Assembly (NCBI GenBank): GCA_032718475.1
Contig: JAUCBJ010004944.1
Span: 1 to 36,838, forward strand
Direction: 5' to 3'
Source: Nemertoderma westbladi
Lineage: Eukaryota > Animalia > Xenacoelomorpha
DNA length: 36,838 nt
The position numbers were made by a program, and so were the translations under genes. Positions 1 through 12,585 of the stretch are shown piece by piece (position 1 is the first letter of the stretch; the number at the start of each line of letters is the position of its first letter). The notes beneath the pieces are model-generated. The model saw only the letters and a list, made by a program, of their open reading frames with translations. It was not told the origin of the DNA and did no database searches.

Positions 1-586
1 GTACTAAACAGAAATTTTCACCCTCGTGCTGACAAGATGTGAAAGAGGGAAAATGCATACAGCTCTTATATAGAAATCAAACTAGAGAATGACTACAAAT
101 GTATTCGATCGCGCTTTATTTTTTTAATTTTAGAGTAAGTCGTTGTAATTTAATAGAGGCGCAATTTTATTGAAATGTTAAATAGTAAAATGCTCACTTT
201 ACAAACGGGGCATTGTACAATATCTTTGAACGCTTGTCGGCCACTGCTAATTTAATTCTGATCAGAATGTCTATGATCCTGTTTTATGGTACCCAGCAGG
301 TGAGAGGCAACATGGTGGTTAGTCATTGGTCATTGAAATTCCTGAAGCGTCTGCTAAAAGGAATGGAGGTGCAAGTTGAATTATGCAAAGGGTCTATACA
401 ATTTGAGTATGATTAACAGGCCTTGGATTGGGGCTACACATTTGCAAGTCGGAATGTCGGAATGCAATTCGGGTTGTAGCTTGTAAGTCCAGGGATACAT
501 ACATACATACTGGATGTGCAGTAATTAATTAAGTATATTCACCATGGTAAATGGTCAAACAAACTCAATTTTTTGGCTCAACTAAC

Positions 587-1386
587 TACTACTACTACTA
601 CTACATGTACTATGATCGGCATGCTGCATTGCAGCTGCATTTTTAAGAATGCTGTGCCGGCTTGTCAACAAAATTGCACCGCCACAACTCCCTATCACCC
701 ATGATATTTGCTAGATCATCCGCATCCATGAGGCTGCCAAAGTACAAGATTATGCACTGGCTGGTCCTCACGGCGAAAGCAATGTCCTGCAAAGCGGAGG
801 CGATTTTGTTCTAGTGTCAAGCTTGGGGGAACCAATGAGACACCTCCAATGTTATATAGTGTCTGGCTGGAGATGTGTGCATTGTACTTGACACAATGAA
901 CCCGGCGTAGCATTCTTGTGAATGTGCCATCCAGAGATTTGGTGTCCTCAGCAGTTAGAGCCCAGCATGGACTCCCGTAGAGGAGTACTGGAACTACTGC
1001 TGCTCTAAATAATCGGACCTTAAGTTTCCGATTAATTCTCGGTGACTTCCAAATCCTGGAAAGCCTATTCAAGGCTGCCCATGCCTTTCCCTTACGTATT
1101 CGAAGGTCCTCACCTGACTTCCGGATCCATGATCCCAGGTAACAGAAGTCGTCCACATGCTCAAGCATACCATCCTTTGAGCTTATGCTCATCCGATCAG
1201 AGACTTGCTGAGGACTTTCAAAGTTAACTGTCAGAATTTTGGTCTTTCTGGAGTTAATAAAAAGACCAACACTAGAAGCAGTATGTTCTAATGAGCTGAG
1301 GAGCCGTTGGGCTCCCTCTAATGATTCTGAGAGTACTCCTAAGTCATCAGCAAAGTCTAGATCAGTTAGGTACTTGGCAGGATTTC
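587..1386 (-). mobile_element. 5'-truncated non-LTR retrotransposon, RTE group (RTE/Proto2-like), family A copy 1
   Basis: Minus strand reads KYLTDLDFADDLGVL...DFCYLGSWI...PVLLYGSPCWALT...LRFAGHCFRR (RT FADD motif and C-terminal region). (TAG)n 3' tail near 587-603. 10 bp TSD ctcaactaac at 577-586 and 1387-1396. About 70 bp internal deletion near 727 relative to copy 4. Confidence 0.93.
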
Positions 1387-1413
1387 CTCAACTAACAACT
1401 ACTATCGACTAAA

Positions 1414-1960
1414 TACTACTACTGCTGCATTGTAGCTGCACATTGAGATTCTATGCCGATTGAACAAAGGCATTTGTGCCACAACCATGTAACCCACAAT
1501 CGGGCTGCCGCAATACACCGTGCATTAAGAATGCTATGTCGCCTTAGCGATAATTTTGCGCCACCACTACTCCTTATCCCCATGACTTTCGCGAGATTAT
1601 TCGCAACTTCAAGGCCAGTGTCCTTTAAGAAGTGACTTTAGAAAGACGTGGGCTGTACACCATGCTTATTTTCCTGCCAAAACACAAGATTGTCCACGGG
1701 CTTGTCCGGACGGCGAACACAATGTCCTGCAAAGCGGAAGCGGCTTTGTTCAAATGTCAAGCTTGGGGAAACCAATGAGACACCTCCAATGTTATATAGT
1801 GTCTGGTTGGATATATATGCATTGTGCATTTTCTTCAGTGAACCCGACGTAGCATTCTTGTGAAAGTGCCATCCAGAGATTAGAGCCCATGAGGGCAGTT
1901 AGAGCACAGCACGGACTCCCACATAGGAGTAATGGTTCTACTGCTGCTCTAAATAGTCCA
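1414..1960 (-). mobile_element. Degenerate 3' fragment of RTE-group LINE family A, copy 2
   Basis: ORF 1638-1829 (NQTLYNIGGVSLVSPSLTFEQSRFRFAGHCVRR) matches copy 1. Degraded GCTGCATTGCAGCTGCA 3' UTR and (TAG)n tail near 1414-1440, with an extra segment at about 1441-1520. Confidence 0.85.
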
Positions 1961-2586
1961 CGTACTCAGACGTTTCCGACGTATTCTATGTGACTACAAT
2001 TTGGAGAACAAATGTAATATATAGATATAATATGTATACGCAGATGATCTCAAACTCCGCCAGCATTTATAAAAACGCGGCCGGTAAAGTCTTCTAATGG
2101 TGTGAGCGGCCGATATATGAAAGTATTATGTAATCAGGAAGGAGTTGATGTACCAACCTGGCAACGGCGATTTTTGACTGCGAACTTTGAACACCAGTTT
2201 CTCAATGCCTCTCTTGGAATAACATATGTACTATTAAATTGCACTATGTTGCTTTTTCATATAAAACACTCAGACATGGATTAATGTGTATAGATCAACT
2301 TTAAAGCAGATTAAACCGTATTGACCGCAGACTAAGTGCAGTGGCGTTGCATACACAGACACGGAATACTTAAATAAGAGAACGATTGTATAGGACATTG
2401 AGAGATTGGCGTTAAAATCGCCAAGAAGCAAATCGTATGAAAATTTATAGCAAAAAAATATGGGAATTTTTGGGGAAACCGAACTGCATTCTATATTACA
2501 TTTACTTATTGATTATAAACAGTAAAAACTAATTAAAAGTGCCTAATTAAAAGCGGCATTCACAGCAACCAATCAAAACAGTGCAC

Positions 2587-2916
2587 CAGAGGCGTAGTGT
2601 GGATTCTCAGCCCACGGGGGTATACCAACTTTTAGCCCCTCCAGTATTTTTTTCATAAATCTATTGAAATTAATTAATAATGATAATTTATGTAGTTGTG
2701 CAATTTCCAATTTTTGTATCTGTTTTAATTGGAACATTTTTATAGTGCGACATAATTATCAATTATATTTAATTAATGGAGTAATTAGAGAGGTTTATTG
2801 TTAACATTATTGTTTATCATTTACGATGGATAAAATATATTATAAGAAGCAAAATAAGGGTACGTAACTCAACCCCCCCCCCCCCCCCCCCCCACCCCCA
2901 AATAGTTACGCCTCTA
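2587..2916. mobile_element. Non-autonomous hAT-like MITE
   Basis: TIRs cagaggcgta (2587-2596) and tacgcctcta (2907-2916, one terminal mismatch). Perfect 8 bp TSD cagtgcac at 2579-2586 and 2917-2924. Subterminal poly-C tract; no ORF. Confidence 0.8.
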
Positions 2917-2985
2917 CAGTGCACAATGCGCAATTGTATTATTAACAATAAACAATTGAAAACACTGAGACGTGAATATTATCAG

Positions 2986-2991
2986 TTTATT
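2986..2991 (-). promoter_or_regulatory. Candidate polyadenylation signal (AATAAA) for gene A
   Basis: tttatt on the plus strand about 140 bp downstream of the gene A stop codon. AT-rich context, so weak evidence. Confidence 0.4.
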
Positions 2992-3128
2992 AGCTACAAC
3001 ATAAATAAGGCCTTGTACAAAATACAGAAATTGTTTCAATTAATTCCGTGAGTATAAGAATACTATTATACGTAAATACATATGGTCCTTTTAATTAAAG
3101 TCGTGAGTTTAAGAAAGCAAAGTCAGTC

Positions 3129-6100
3129 CTACAGAAATATCGGCACAGGTGGAGGTGGGGGTGGGGGGTGTGTTGGTGGTGGAGGCACTACTATATCTCG
3201 GTGCTTCGGAGAGGCTTTTGACCTCTTTTTAGCAGAAAACGTTGGTGGAGGGGCTGGTGGTGGTGGTGCAGGGTAAGAAGGGGGTGGAGGAGGAATTTGG
3301 AGAACCTGGGGAGTCTCTTTGTTCTTTTTAATGCTGGGCAATCTAAAGAATGATTTTTTCTTCGCAGTATCGGAAGCCAATGCAGCAGGTGGGGGAGGCG
3401 GTGGAGGAATAGGTGGCGAAATATCGCTGCTATTTGCAACTCCTGTTATATCATCATTGGATGTTGAACAAATCTGATCAGATCTGCTGTTTGAACCGCT
3501 TGATGTTCCACTTAAGAGACTAGCTAGCGCAGATCTTGTTGTGGAGAAAGTATCACATTCCTGAGAGGTGGTTGATACCGACATGACAACACGTTCATTA
3601 CTTGATTTTATATCGGATTTAACTTCTGATCTAAAGCTACCTTGGCTATTCAACTTGTTCGGAATTCCCATTGATGCAACAACATTTTGTAGATGGTTCT
3701 CCAAAAATTCGCGACGTTTTGACATTGAAGGAACATTAGCCTCGCCTATATTAGTCTCGCTTAAAGTTGCATCATTCGGGATACTTGTCATGAAACTGAC
3801 TTTAGCATCACCAGTGTCCTTAGCTCTCTTCGATAAATTATCCAATCTCTGACTCGATTTAGTGTTGGAATATTTTGGAGGTGGAGGCGGTATAATTTTA
3901 CAAAACTTTGGTTTATCAGATACCTGTTTACCTTTCGTCTTCTCTTGCTTCCTCATAATTATATCTCTTTTCCATGATGGCAATTCATTCCCTTTTGGAG
4001 GTCGTAGTTGTGAACTGAAACTATTTTTCCCTGATGTGTGCGTTGGGGAACCTACTGAACTGGCATTACCAGACAATGGATAATGGTGTCTACTTTTCTG
4101 TCTTTTCTGCATAACTTCAATCTGACTCAAAATTTCACTCTGCAGACTCGCGGCTTTGCTGACAATCTCTTCATTATCTGGTGAAATAACATCTCTTCTT
4201 TCTCCAGGAAAATTAAATGTATTGCTTCGTTTTATCGATTTAGATCTTTCTGTTATTTGCTGTTGTAAGGTTTTTGGCAGCTTAGGAGTATTTTGTGTGG
4301 GAATAGCCCGCAATAGTTGTTGTCCATCGAAACCCTCTGATTCCCCCTCCTCATTTCGAGATGAAATGGCTGGACTATAATTTTGAATATATCTTTCAGG
4401 GCAATCATTGATCTCCATTACTACATCCCTTCTGTACTGTTTTGCCCTTGAACCAGTAACACGAGATCTACTAAGATGGGCGCTGTGATGGCGGTTGGGC
4501 AACTGGTTGGGATTCCGATTTCTGCGCCGGTGTATCTCTGCTTGTAGCTCTGCCTGAAACGCACTCACCATACTCCCGTTTTCGCTCTCTGACTCAGAAT
4601 CCTCAGCCTCTATAATTCGACTCATTCGTCGATAGATGGACGAATTGCAAGGAGACTTTATATCAGCACTGAGGAAATTATCCTGACTGTGGGATGAGGT
4701 AGTAGAGGCATCATTTGTGTAACGTGGAACTATAGGCAGACTGGCCTGCCATGCTTGGCACCGGTCAATAGTCGACATAACTGGTGTATCCAACATCTTC
4801 GAGACATCCTCATCATTACTACCATTCTCCTCCTCTATATTACATTGTACCACTCTGTGTGCATCCCTCACAATACATGCCTCTGGGTATCGTCTTGGTT
4901 TAGATGCTATAACATTATGGAGATATGCTTGTGAATTATTCTCCATTCGATTCCTTTTTTCCTTGTTTCTTTCACTATTGTATTTATACTGTGCATTATT
5001 AGTGTTTCCTTCAAAATCACCATATGATAAGCAATCCTTGATGTGGTAATAATTGCCTTGATAAGCATTTGTGATAGGAATTTCATCTCTCCTTTTCCTC
5101 TTGAAGCTGCTGCCTTGAGCATTACGTCTCTCTTCTATCGCCTGCATTGAGAACTTCGGCTTTTTAATATCCCTTTGCTTAGATTTCATAGCCCACTGGA
5201 GATTACCACTGGTCTCATCTCTAACAAGACCATTGTTGTCATAGCAATATCTGGCACTAATATCCGATATTGAAGGCAACAAGCTATCAGTTGAACCGTA
5301 ATTATGCAATGATGGTTCCTGTGACCCCAATTCCTGGCTACTGGTTTTCTGAGAATTAGAAATACTTCCTCTGCCTACGCTCTCATTTTCATGCCTCTCG
5401 TTACTGCGAAAATACTCAAAGTTATCAATCTCGTAATCTTCTTTATATTTCTTAACATGGTTGCGAACTTTAACATTGCTGTTGTTGGGACTACCTTTAG
5501 AACTAGCACTATCATGTCGAATTTTCCTATTATTATTAGCAGGCACTAGAGCCCAGTTTTGAAGCTGGGCCGCATTACTCAAAAGGAAACTCATGTCGTG
5601 TCCATTAATGACATATGGTGCCGCAGGCGTGGGTCTAGCATCAGCATAAATACTGCGTGGTCGTGGAATCTCGAATCCCCTATATGCCATTTGTTCAGCA
5701 ATCATTGCCTCTGGTGAAATATATATATCCCTCCGCAAATTGCTGACACCGCGTTCAACATTTGTGGGAGATTTATTGCTGTTTACCTTCTGATAAGCAT
5801 AAACAACAAGAACTGCAATAAGACCAACAATAACTATAGCAAGAAGTGTGCCAACAGCACCATATAAAATCATATTACTCCCTTCTTCGTTTTTAGTCTC
5901 AGTTTCTATCCTGAAATATGTTGTCCTGTCAACTATTTTTGAGTCAATCTTTGTTGTGGTATATGTGTAAGATTCAAATTGAATCTTGAGTCCGTCCTTA
6001 TGTATAAAATTGTGTATCACATTTGTATAGTCTCTATTGACAGGATCTTCAATGGTAAATTCAACTATTACAGAACCGCAACTGATTTTCCCGACGTCTA

Positions 6101-8087
6101 TATATGAGGAACTAATTTCGCTTTTTTGAGCCAAACTTGCTTTAAAAGCTTCCTTGAATGCCAGTTCTTTTCCAATAACATTGGAGCAGTCACCATCGAG
6201 ATGAAACGTGAAAACGATAATCTTATCACTTCTTAAAGTGGAGGTTTCTTCTGCAACAATACAAATAATAATATATTATATTGAAGACATTTTTTTATAT
6301 TTTATCACAATAATACTTTTTCAACTTAACGTAAAAAAATTTTTACATCGGAAACCATTATTTCTTACCCCCCACAAATTCATTGACAAAATCCCTAATA
6401 TGAACGTAAAGTGTAGGCTGCCTCATTTACAAAATATATATTTATTCTTTGTATGCTACTAAACATGAATGGAAATGTCGTCAGTAATCTTTTTTACAAA
6501 TGGGTATAATTTAATGCTAATTCAAAAGTTGATACCGGTATTAAATTTTGTTAAAATGACAAATACTGCTTTATTGACACAATGAATGCGCATTTCTTGC
6601 CCTTGCTCCGTGCTCTTATTGTAGTCGGCCCAAACTTAAATTTCAATCTTTCTATATTATTGAACATATTTTATGTTATAAAATAACGTAACATAATTTT
6701 TCTCGTGTCTAATTCAAATAAATTGGTGCTATCTTAAAAATACAGGTTTCACATTTAATCATAATCACGCTAATGTCTAAAATTGTTAGACATAATTAAA
6801 TCTAAAGTTTAAAACAACAAAAACCTTTATATATGTTTGCATTATTGTATATTTGTCAGATGTGATTCTTGTCATTTTGTGATTTTTTGCTGGCATTTTG
6901 TATAACCTACTTTTATGTGGGTAAATGGTTTTCATTATAATTACAAACCTGGTAGTGATATGATGGTAGTTGTCGATGGGTTGGGTGTGTGTGTGGTCGA
7001 TATAGTTGAAGGTAAATGGTTTGTGGTGCTGTCAACATTACGAGATGTTGTGGTGGAAGGAACTGGAGTTGTTGTGGGTGGATATTGACCAGGTTTACAC
7101 CTCAAAGTTTCACCTGCAATTATTTTGTGAGAGAAATCTGATGGAGAGAAAATTTATTCAAGGCTGCAGATCAAAAACATGAACATCCTTTTACTATAGC
7201 TTGATTGTTTTCGGACTTGTATATTTATTGACTATATACGCTAGCCTCACCTGGATACCCACAACACATTTCGTCCCAGCCTGTAAGGCAGTTAACTGTG
7301 CCATCACATCGTAATGGATGAGTAAGGAGAATACATGCCGAATCACAATAGAACTGGGTGACGTCACATTTGCCATTGGCTAGGTCAAAATACTTAGGAT
7401 CAGTAGCTAAGACATTGGATAAGAAACCTATAAGAAGTTGGTTAAGAATACAGTTGTTAGTCTAACTTATAGTCTAATTTATTGTCTAACAATTTATTGT
7501 TACTGTGAATTTTGGAAAATAGTTGGACTCTGGCTCGGTCGCTCGGTCGTAGATATCTCGACGGTGTACCGGAACAAATGTGTTTGTGTTTGTGGGAAAA
7601 GTAAATGTGTGTATGTGAAAATTGTAAGTGTATGTGGGAAAATTGTAAGTGTATGTGGGAAAATTGTAAGTGTATGTGGGAAAATTGTAAGTGTATGTGG
7701 GAAAATTGTAAGTGTATGTGGGGCAGGTCAATGTATACATGAGAGGGAAAACAATCGGCGCATGTGGGCGTGTGGCAGCTGTATGTGTATGTGGGAACAC
7801 TGTATACATAATATGTGGGAAAAGAGTATATGTATGATGGGAAATTATATGTATGTGGAAAAAGCGAACATGTATGTGGAAAAACTGTATATGCATGTTG
7901 AAAAGTCTATGTGTATGTGGGAAAAGTTACATAGTCTTCATAAATTATTGTTTCCCATATATATGTATTTAATTAACCCATAATTGTGATAAAATATTTA
8001 CCAAATATTGTGGGTAAACAACTCACCATCAAATGACAAGGCGATACAAATAGAGACAAACTGGATGCAATTCCGTCGCAACGCCAT
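3129..8087 (-). CDS. Gene A: single-pass membrane protein, signal peptide + LDLa + mucin-like stalk + SEA-like + TM + long Ser/Pro-rich cytoplasmic tail (about 1174 aa). Exons 8087-8027, 7427-7251, 7113-6949, 6250-3129
   Basis: All three introns are GT-AG and phase 1; exon lengths 61+177+165+3122=3525 nt keep the frame open. Exon 1 MALRRNCIQFVSICIALSFD (signal-like). Exon 2 CDVTQFYCDSACILLTHPLRCDGTVNCLTGWDEMC (LDLa). Exon 3 PPTTTPVPSTTTS (T/P-rich). Exon 4 FTFHLDGDC...CGSVIVEFTI (SEA-like GSVIV), TM ILYGAVGTLLAIVIVGLIAVLVVYAY, then a poly-Pro C-terminus. Confidence 0.88.
7251..7427 (-). CDS. Gene A exon encoding the LDL-receptor class A repeat
   Basis: Acceptor cttatag and donor gtgagg. Cys pattern C-x6-C...RCDGxxNCxxGxDE. 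This frame is not in the supplied ORF track. Confidence 0.85.
7575..7925. repeat. Intronic 21 bp minisatellite (gtgtatgtgggaaaattgtaa)n with degenerate flanks
   Basis: About 5 near-perfect units at 7608-7722 decaying on both sides. Explains the spurious ORFs with KIVSVCG and TYTYNFP repeats. Confidence 0.85.
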
Positions 8088-8380
8088 GTTTATTGGTAAT
8101 TACCATCATCAATTATTTCCATAATTATAACAGGTGGTTGATCTGCATAATGTCAAAATAAATATCAATAATAATATATATAATTTGTATGTTATGTTAT
8201 GATATTAGTCAGTAATGAAAACTATTATTGAAGGGGGTGGTCAAAATAATATATTATATTTCAATAATTTTACAGTATCATCCATGTGGTTGCTTGCACA
8301 AACTTAAATTTTAATCCTAAATATTAAATGAATAAAAATACCTCCCTTAAAAAACATAAAAAAATTAAATTCTTCTTTAC

Positions 8381-8466
8381 AGTTAACTTTTTGTCGGTCG
8401 TTTAGGCAGGGATAACGCAGAAAGTCCGACGACTTATTTCCAGTACGGCCCCCCAGAACTATACTG
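8381..8466 (-). mobile_element. Short 3' end remnant of a CR1/L2-group (Crack-like) LINE
   Basis: Shares gacttatttccagt(a/g)cgg(c/t)cccccagaact with 33677-33707. Reverse complement GG.CCG.ACTGGAAATAAGTC resembles the conserved 3' UTR of L2/Crack elements (from memory). Confidence 0.5.
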
Positions 8467-8861
8467 TTGTATTGGTTGCTGAACACAAATGTGGTTCTCA
8501 AAATGTACATTTTTACTTTGGGCATTGTTCTCCTTGCCAATTAAGTGTCATAATTTATTCAATACAAATAAAAAATTACATGTTCTGGTGACGTTTTTAA
8601 AGGACAATCAATACAGGTTGTACAATAACTATTGGAGAGAAACATTATATGTCCAAAAATCAAACAGAATTCAAACTGCTGTTTTATTGACTGTAAGATG
8701 TGGTTACTGGTAAGTAATAATCAGTATACTATCTACTTACTATATAGTATATAATCAGTGTTGCTTGTTGATGTTTTACTATAAATGAAACGGGCATACG
8801 ATAAAGATGCGGCGAAAAATTATGTATAACATCCATATTTAATAATTATTATATTATTGTA

Positions 8862-9722
8862 CACCATGACCCGTAATATAGCGTCATTTTGTGATGACAC
8901 GGACCCCCCCCCCCCCCCCCCCAAGATTTTTCTACAAATCTTTATCATATTGCTTGAAATTTGAAACACTACTAGTTCAACTCACCGTGGTTCACCCAAC
9001 GAAGCCGGAATTTTCGATTTTGCCTTTAATTTTTTTTATTGGCGTTTTAAAAAAGTGCCTTTTGCAAAATTGTACCCTCCGTATCGTGGCCATTCTTCAC
9101 ATTAGTCGTAATCATTTCATATCATTAGAAAGCTTGCATTGCAAGGAATCGAAATATGTAATATTTGAATTTCGTTGATAAACAGCTGAGATCTAGGTGT
9201 TCAAAGATTGCAATAAGTATCGATCGCTGAAGGCCATTTATTCTATTTAATAAATACACGATGTTCTGGAACATTTTGTTTAAGTATGAATAGCTACGCA
9301 ATAGATATATTGGATAGGAATAACGCTGTTGCCAACCAATTCATAAAATAAATAACACATTCTAGAATTTTGCTTATTTATTAAATAGAATAAATGGCCT
9401 TCAGCGAACTATACTTCTTGCAATCTTTGAACGCCTATATCTCAGTTGTTTCTCAACGAAATTCAGATATTGTTACATATTTCGATTCCTTGCAACGCAA
9501 GCTTTTTAATGATATGAAAAAATTACGACTAAAGTGAAGAATGGCAATGATACAGAGGGTGCGATTTCGCAAAAGACTCTTTTTTTAAAACGCTTATAAA
9601 AAAAAATAAAAGGCAAAATCAAAAATTCCGGCTTCACGGGGTCAACGACGGTGAGTGGAACTAGTTGTGTTTCAAATTTCAGTGTGTCATTAGAAAATGA
9701 CACTATATTACGGTTCATGCTG
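8862..9722. mobile_element. Foldback-type MITE with long imperfect inverted arms, probably Tc1/mariner-derived
   Basis: Arms at about 8862-9256 and 9375-9722 are reverse complements (ccgtaatatagcgtcattt vs aaatgacactatattacgg; gctgaaggccatttattctatttaataaata vs its complement). TA flanks at 8860-8861 and 9723-9724. Confidence 0.88.
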
Positions 9723-9776
9723 TATATGGTACAGTGTATATGAACTACAGTGCTGGGCTTGTAATATCTTGTTTAT

Positions 9777-10080
9777 TATTTATATTTCAGTTGGTCAAAT
9801 TGGGCACAGGTAGGTCGAATATATTCTTGTAATTTTTCTGCGTATATCCTCATTTCCTGCACTATTGTACCGTAGTCTCCCATTCCTGGTCTACATGACC
9901 ACAAGGGATGTACCGAGAAACGACGGTATTTTCTCTTCCTTCTTCTGTTAATGCAAGCAGCAGTAAATCGTCAGTATCCATTATGTATTATAGTTTCAAA
10001 ATTAATATTTAAAAATCCCGCTCTCCCTTATTGCTTTTGACGCGTCCGCTTGATGCTTCCGCTTTAGTTGGCGCTCCCCC
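9777..10080 (-). pseudogene. PIF/Harbinger transposon 5' relic (terminus plus frameshifted transposase N-terminus)
   Basis: Minus strand gives ATG at 9981 (MDTDDLLLLAL), then after a frameshift RRRKRKYRRFSVHPLWSCRPGMGDYGTIVQEMRIYAEKLQEYIRPTCAQFDQL, matching the Harbinger N-terminal pattern VHP..R...G....L..E.R......Y.R....FD.L. G-rich terminus next to TAA at 10081-10083. Confidence 0.65.
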
Positions 10081-10890
10081 TAAAGGCGAAACGCCAAACT
10101 ACTGAACTGAAAATCATAAACTTGCCCATCGTTGGTTTCCAAAATCATGTGCTTTCGACCCACTACCATTGGGGGCCCACCAGATTCCCAATAGAAGCTT
10201 TTAAGAAAATTATATGATTATTAAATGAAAGTAAAACACGATCTAATTTCTATACCATTGTGGGACATCCGTCGTCACTTCGAAACAACAATGTCATTTT
10301 ATATAATATAAAGTATTGAGATGGAATTTATTAGGGAAAATGTTAATAATTTGACAAATATTTTGTGATTAGGAATTATTTTGTATCACTAAATCTGCAA
10401 AGGCACGTGTAATTTTGCTGAATATTCCTCCAGTAACCCATTTTATAAACTTAACAATGTATGACTCAATAATATAAGTTATATTTCCGCCGTCCAGGAT
10501 ACAATTAATAAGGAAAAATATTCAGTCTGGAACTACATTTGACATAGTAATACACGTTTATACGTTAATGAAGCAATGTTGTAATTAAATAATCCTAGTT
10601 TAACGTTGTCATGGACTTCTAGAATATTAATTTAAACCTAATAATTAATTTAAAGGTATAAAGGATATTCTGTCCATGACTTAGTCAACATCAAATTAAA
10701 ATATTATAATCATGACGTCAACATTTTAACTAATTTTTAAATTAAATTGAGAAATATTTATAGGGCTATATGCCATGAAACAGTATACTGCAAAAATAAA
10801 AAATAAATACATTACAGAAGGAAAGCCTGAATCAAAAATGAGAATGTGAGATTAAACAACAATAATTAATATATAACATGTTATTATTAC

Positions 10891-10983
10891 CTTTGTTTGA
10901 AAAGCAACAACTGTGAAGTAGGTGGAAAACAGCAAGTAGAAGTTAAATCCGGTAATGTACAGTACATACTGCGTGTTGCGAAT
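10891..10983 (-). other. Candidate upstream (probably 5' UTR) exon of gene A
   Basis: Good donor AAG|gtaata at 10891. The ATG-containing exon has an acceptor (ttatgcag) at 8142, so an upstream exon is expected. The 5' boundary is uncertain. Confidence 0.4.
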
Positions 10984-11111
10984 CTGTCAAAGCAAATTAA
11001 TTCCTTTACCGTGAAATAGGGAGGAAGCTTAATTGCTTGTATATGAAGATAGTCCCAACGGATTGCATATGAAACTTATAAACATTCAGGCAGCTACCTG
11101 ATGCTAGCGGT

Positions 11112-11218
11112 GTTTCCATGGAAATAAGAAACGATTGGGTGATTTTAAGCAGGAGAACCTTTGAGGAAGATCAGGAAAGCAATCTACAAACAAGGTAAAC
11201 GCCCTGCCCGCCCAATCC
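11112..11218. promoter_or_regulatory. Candidate gene A promoter: X-box, CCAAT and GC box
   Basis: GTTTCCATGGAAAT at 11112-11125 (one mismatch from the palindromic RFX site GTTTCCATGGAAAC); ATTGG near 11135; gcccgcccaat at about 11206-11216. Confidence 0.45.
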
Positions 11219-11640
11219 ACAGAGAAAACAGCTTAACAACTTACAGGCCGCGGCCCATTTCCTTACCAGAGCTTCCAGTTATTCAAAAACGTTCATATAC
11301 AATACATACAGAGCTACATAGAAATATAATATGTCAAATAGATGGATGGAATGGATGAGTGATCAAGGGGGACATACACGCTGCCATAAAAGAGACAACT
11401 GACATAAATACACTAATAATTAGGGAACAATAAATAATTCAAGGAAGAGCACAAAGCAACAATTCCATAACAAAGAGCGATCGATCCTCGTATACGAATG
11501 TACGGGAATTAAATGTTAGTACCAGACACACCCAACTGAGTTACACCATCTTATCTATTAATATAATCTTATCTATATCTATTAATCGATAATAAAGACA
11601 AATTAACATTCTATTATTTAGAACTAATACTGAACATTCT

Positions 11641-11737
11641 TTAAGGAGTGGGAATAGAGCGTGACATACGAGTTTATGGAGTGGGAATTGAGCGTGACAT
11701 ACGAGTTTAAGGAGTGGGGATAGAGCGTGACACGAGT
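11641..11737. repeat. 33 bp tandem repeat, 3 copies
   Basis: ttaaggagtgggaatagagcgtgacatacgagt repeated three times with few mismatches. Confidence 0.9.
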
Positions 11738-12399
11738 CAAAATAATACGGGACTAAAATGACTTGCAATAGGGATAAAACGACGTAACATTGGGCTAAAT
11801 TCGTCTTTCTCGATTTGAAGAAACAAAGGATTTTTAACAACCCATCCAAACCAATTAAAATATAAACGATGTCATATTCCTGACATTTATTGTGGCATTT
11901 AATTGTATTTCATTAACGCAAACGTACGACCTCGATTAATTAATTTATTTCCAATGATTTGACATCCTTTTAAAAATCATTAAAAGTAAGTATTCGGTAA
12001 CCGTGACTATAACACACGCAATACGAAAATCTACCAGAAGGCTCCTCTCCCTTGGCTGTTACCATAATACAGGAAGGGGCCACACTAACACCCAAGGATG
12101 AAATCTCCAACTGTCCGTAACTGATTCTTTTCTCCGCCAGAATAAGCCAATTTCCCTTATCAATGTGTCGGCGCAGCCGAATAAGTTACAAAACTACAAC
12201 TGACTAGACCAGAAATCGAGCCCACGCCATCCCGGCAGGAAACAGGATGGCAGAAAAACACTCGTGTGCGGAAAAAAAACACAGCTATAGTTTCCCGTGT
12301 TATTGCATATTATATAAATATTTCCATAAACAACGGGCCAATACCAATAGGGTGGGAAATGAGAGAAATTAACTTGAACTTCTATATGTAAACAGAGGA

Positions 12400-12585
12400 G
12401 ACAATCCGCAGTGGTGAGAAACTTCACGCAAATCCCTTCAATCAATTATTCCATTAAAATCTCGTCTCAATGTTAAATTATATATTTAGGAAAAGGAGCA
12501 CATTGTTCTAACCGAAACCATAAACTAAAATCAATAGAACAGATTACAGTTTTATTTTTGGAAGTAATCAGCTGTTATTTGCGAC
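12400..12585 (+). repeat. Unclassified dispersed repeat, similar to 33765-33975
   Basis: Collinear shared blocks: gcaaatccc, atctc(g/a)tctcaatgtt, ttctaacc(g/a)aaac(c/a)ataaactaaa, gt(a/t)atca(g/t)ctgttattt. Confidence 0.65.

Noticed and set aside
3129-6134. Calling gene A dystroglycan or a formin
   Set aside because: It shares SEA/PPxY and poly-Pro features but has no cadherin-like or FH2 domain, and it carries an LDLa repeat.
7438-7983. ORFs of 181 aa (+) and 136 aa (-)
   Set aside because: Both arise from the intronic 21 bp minisatellite.
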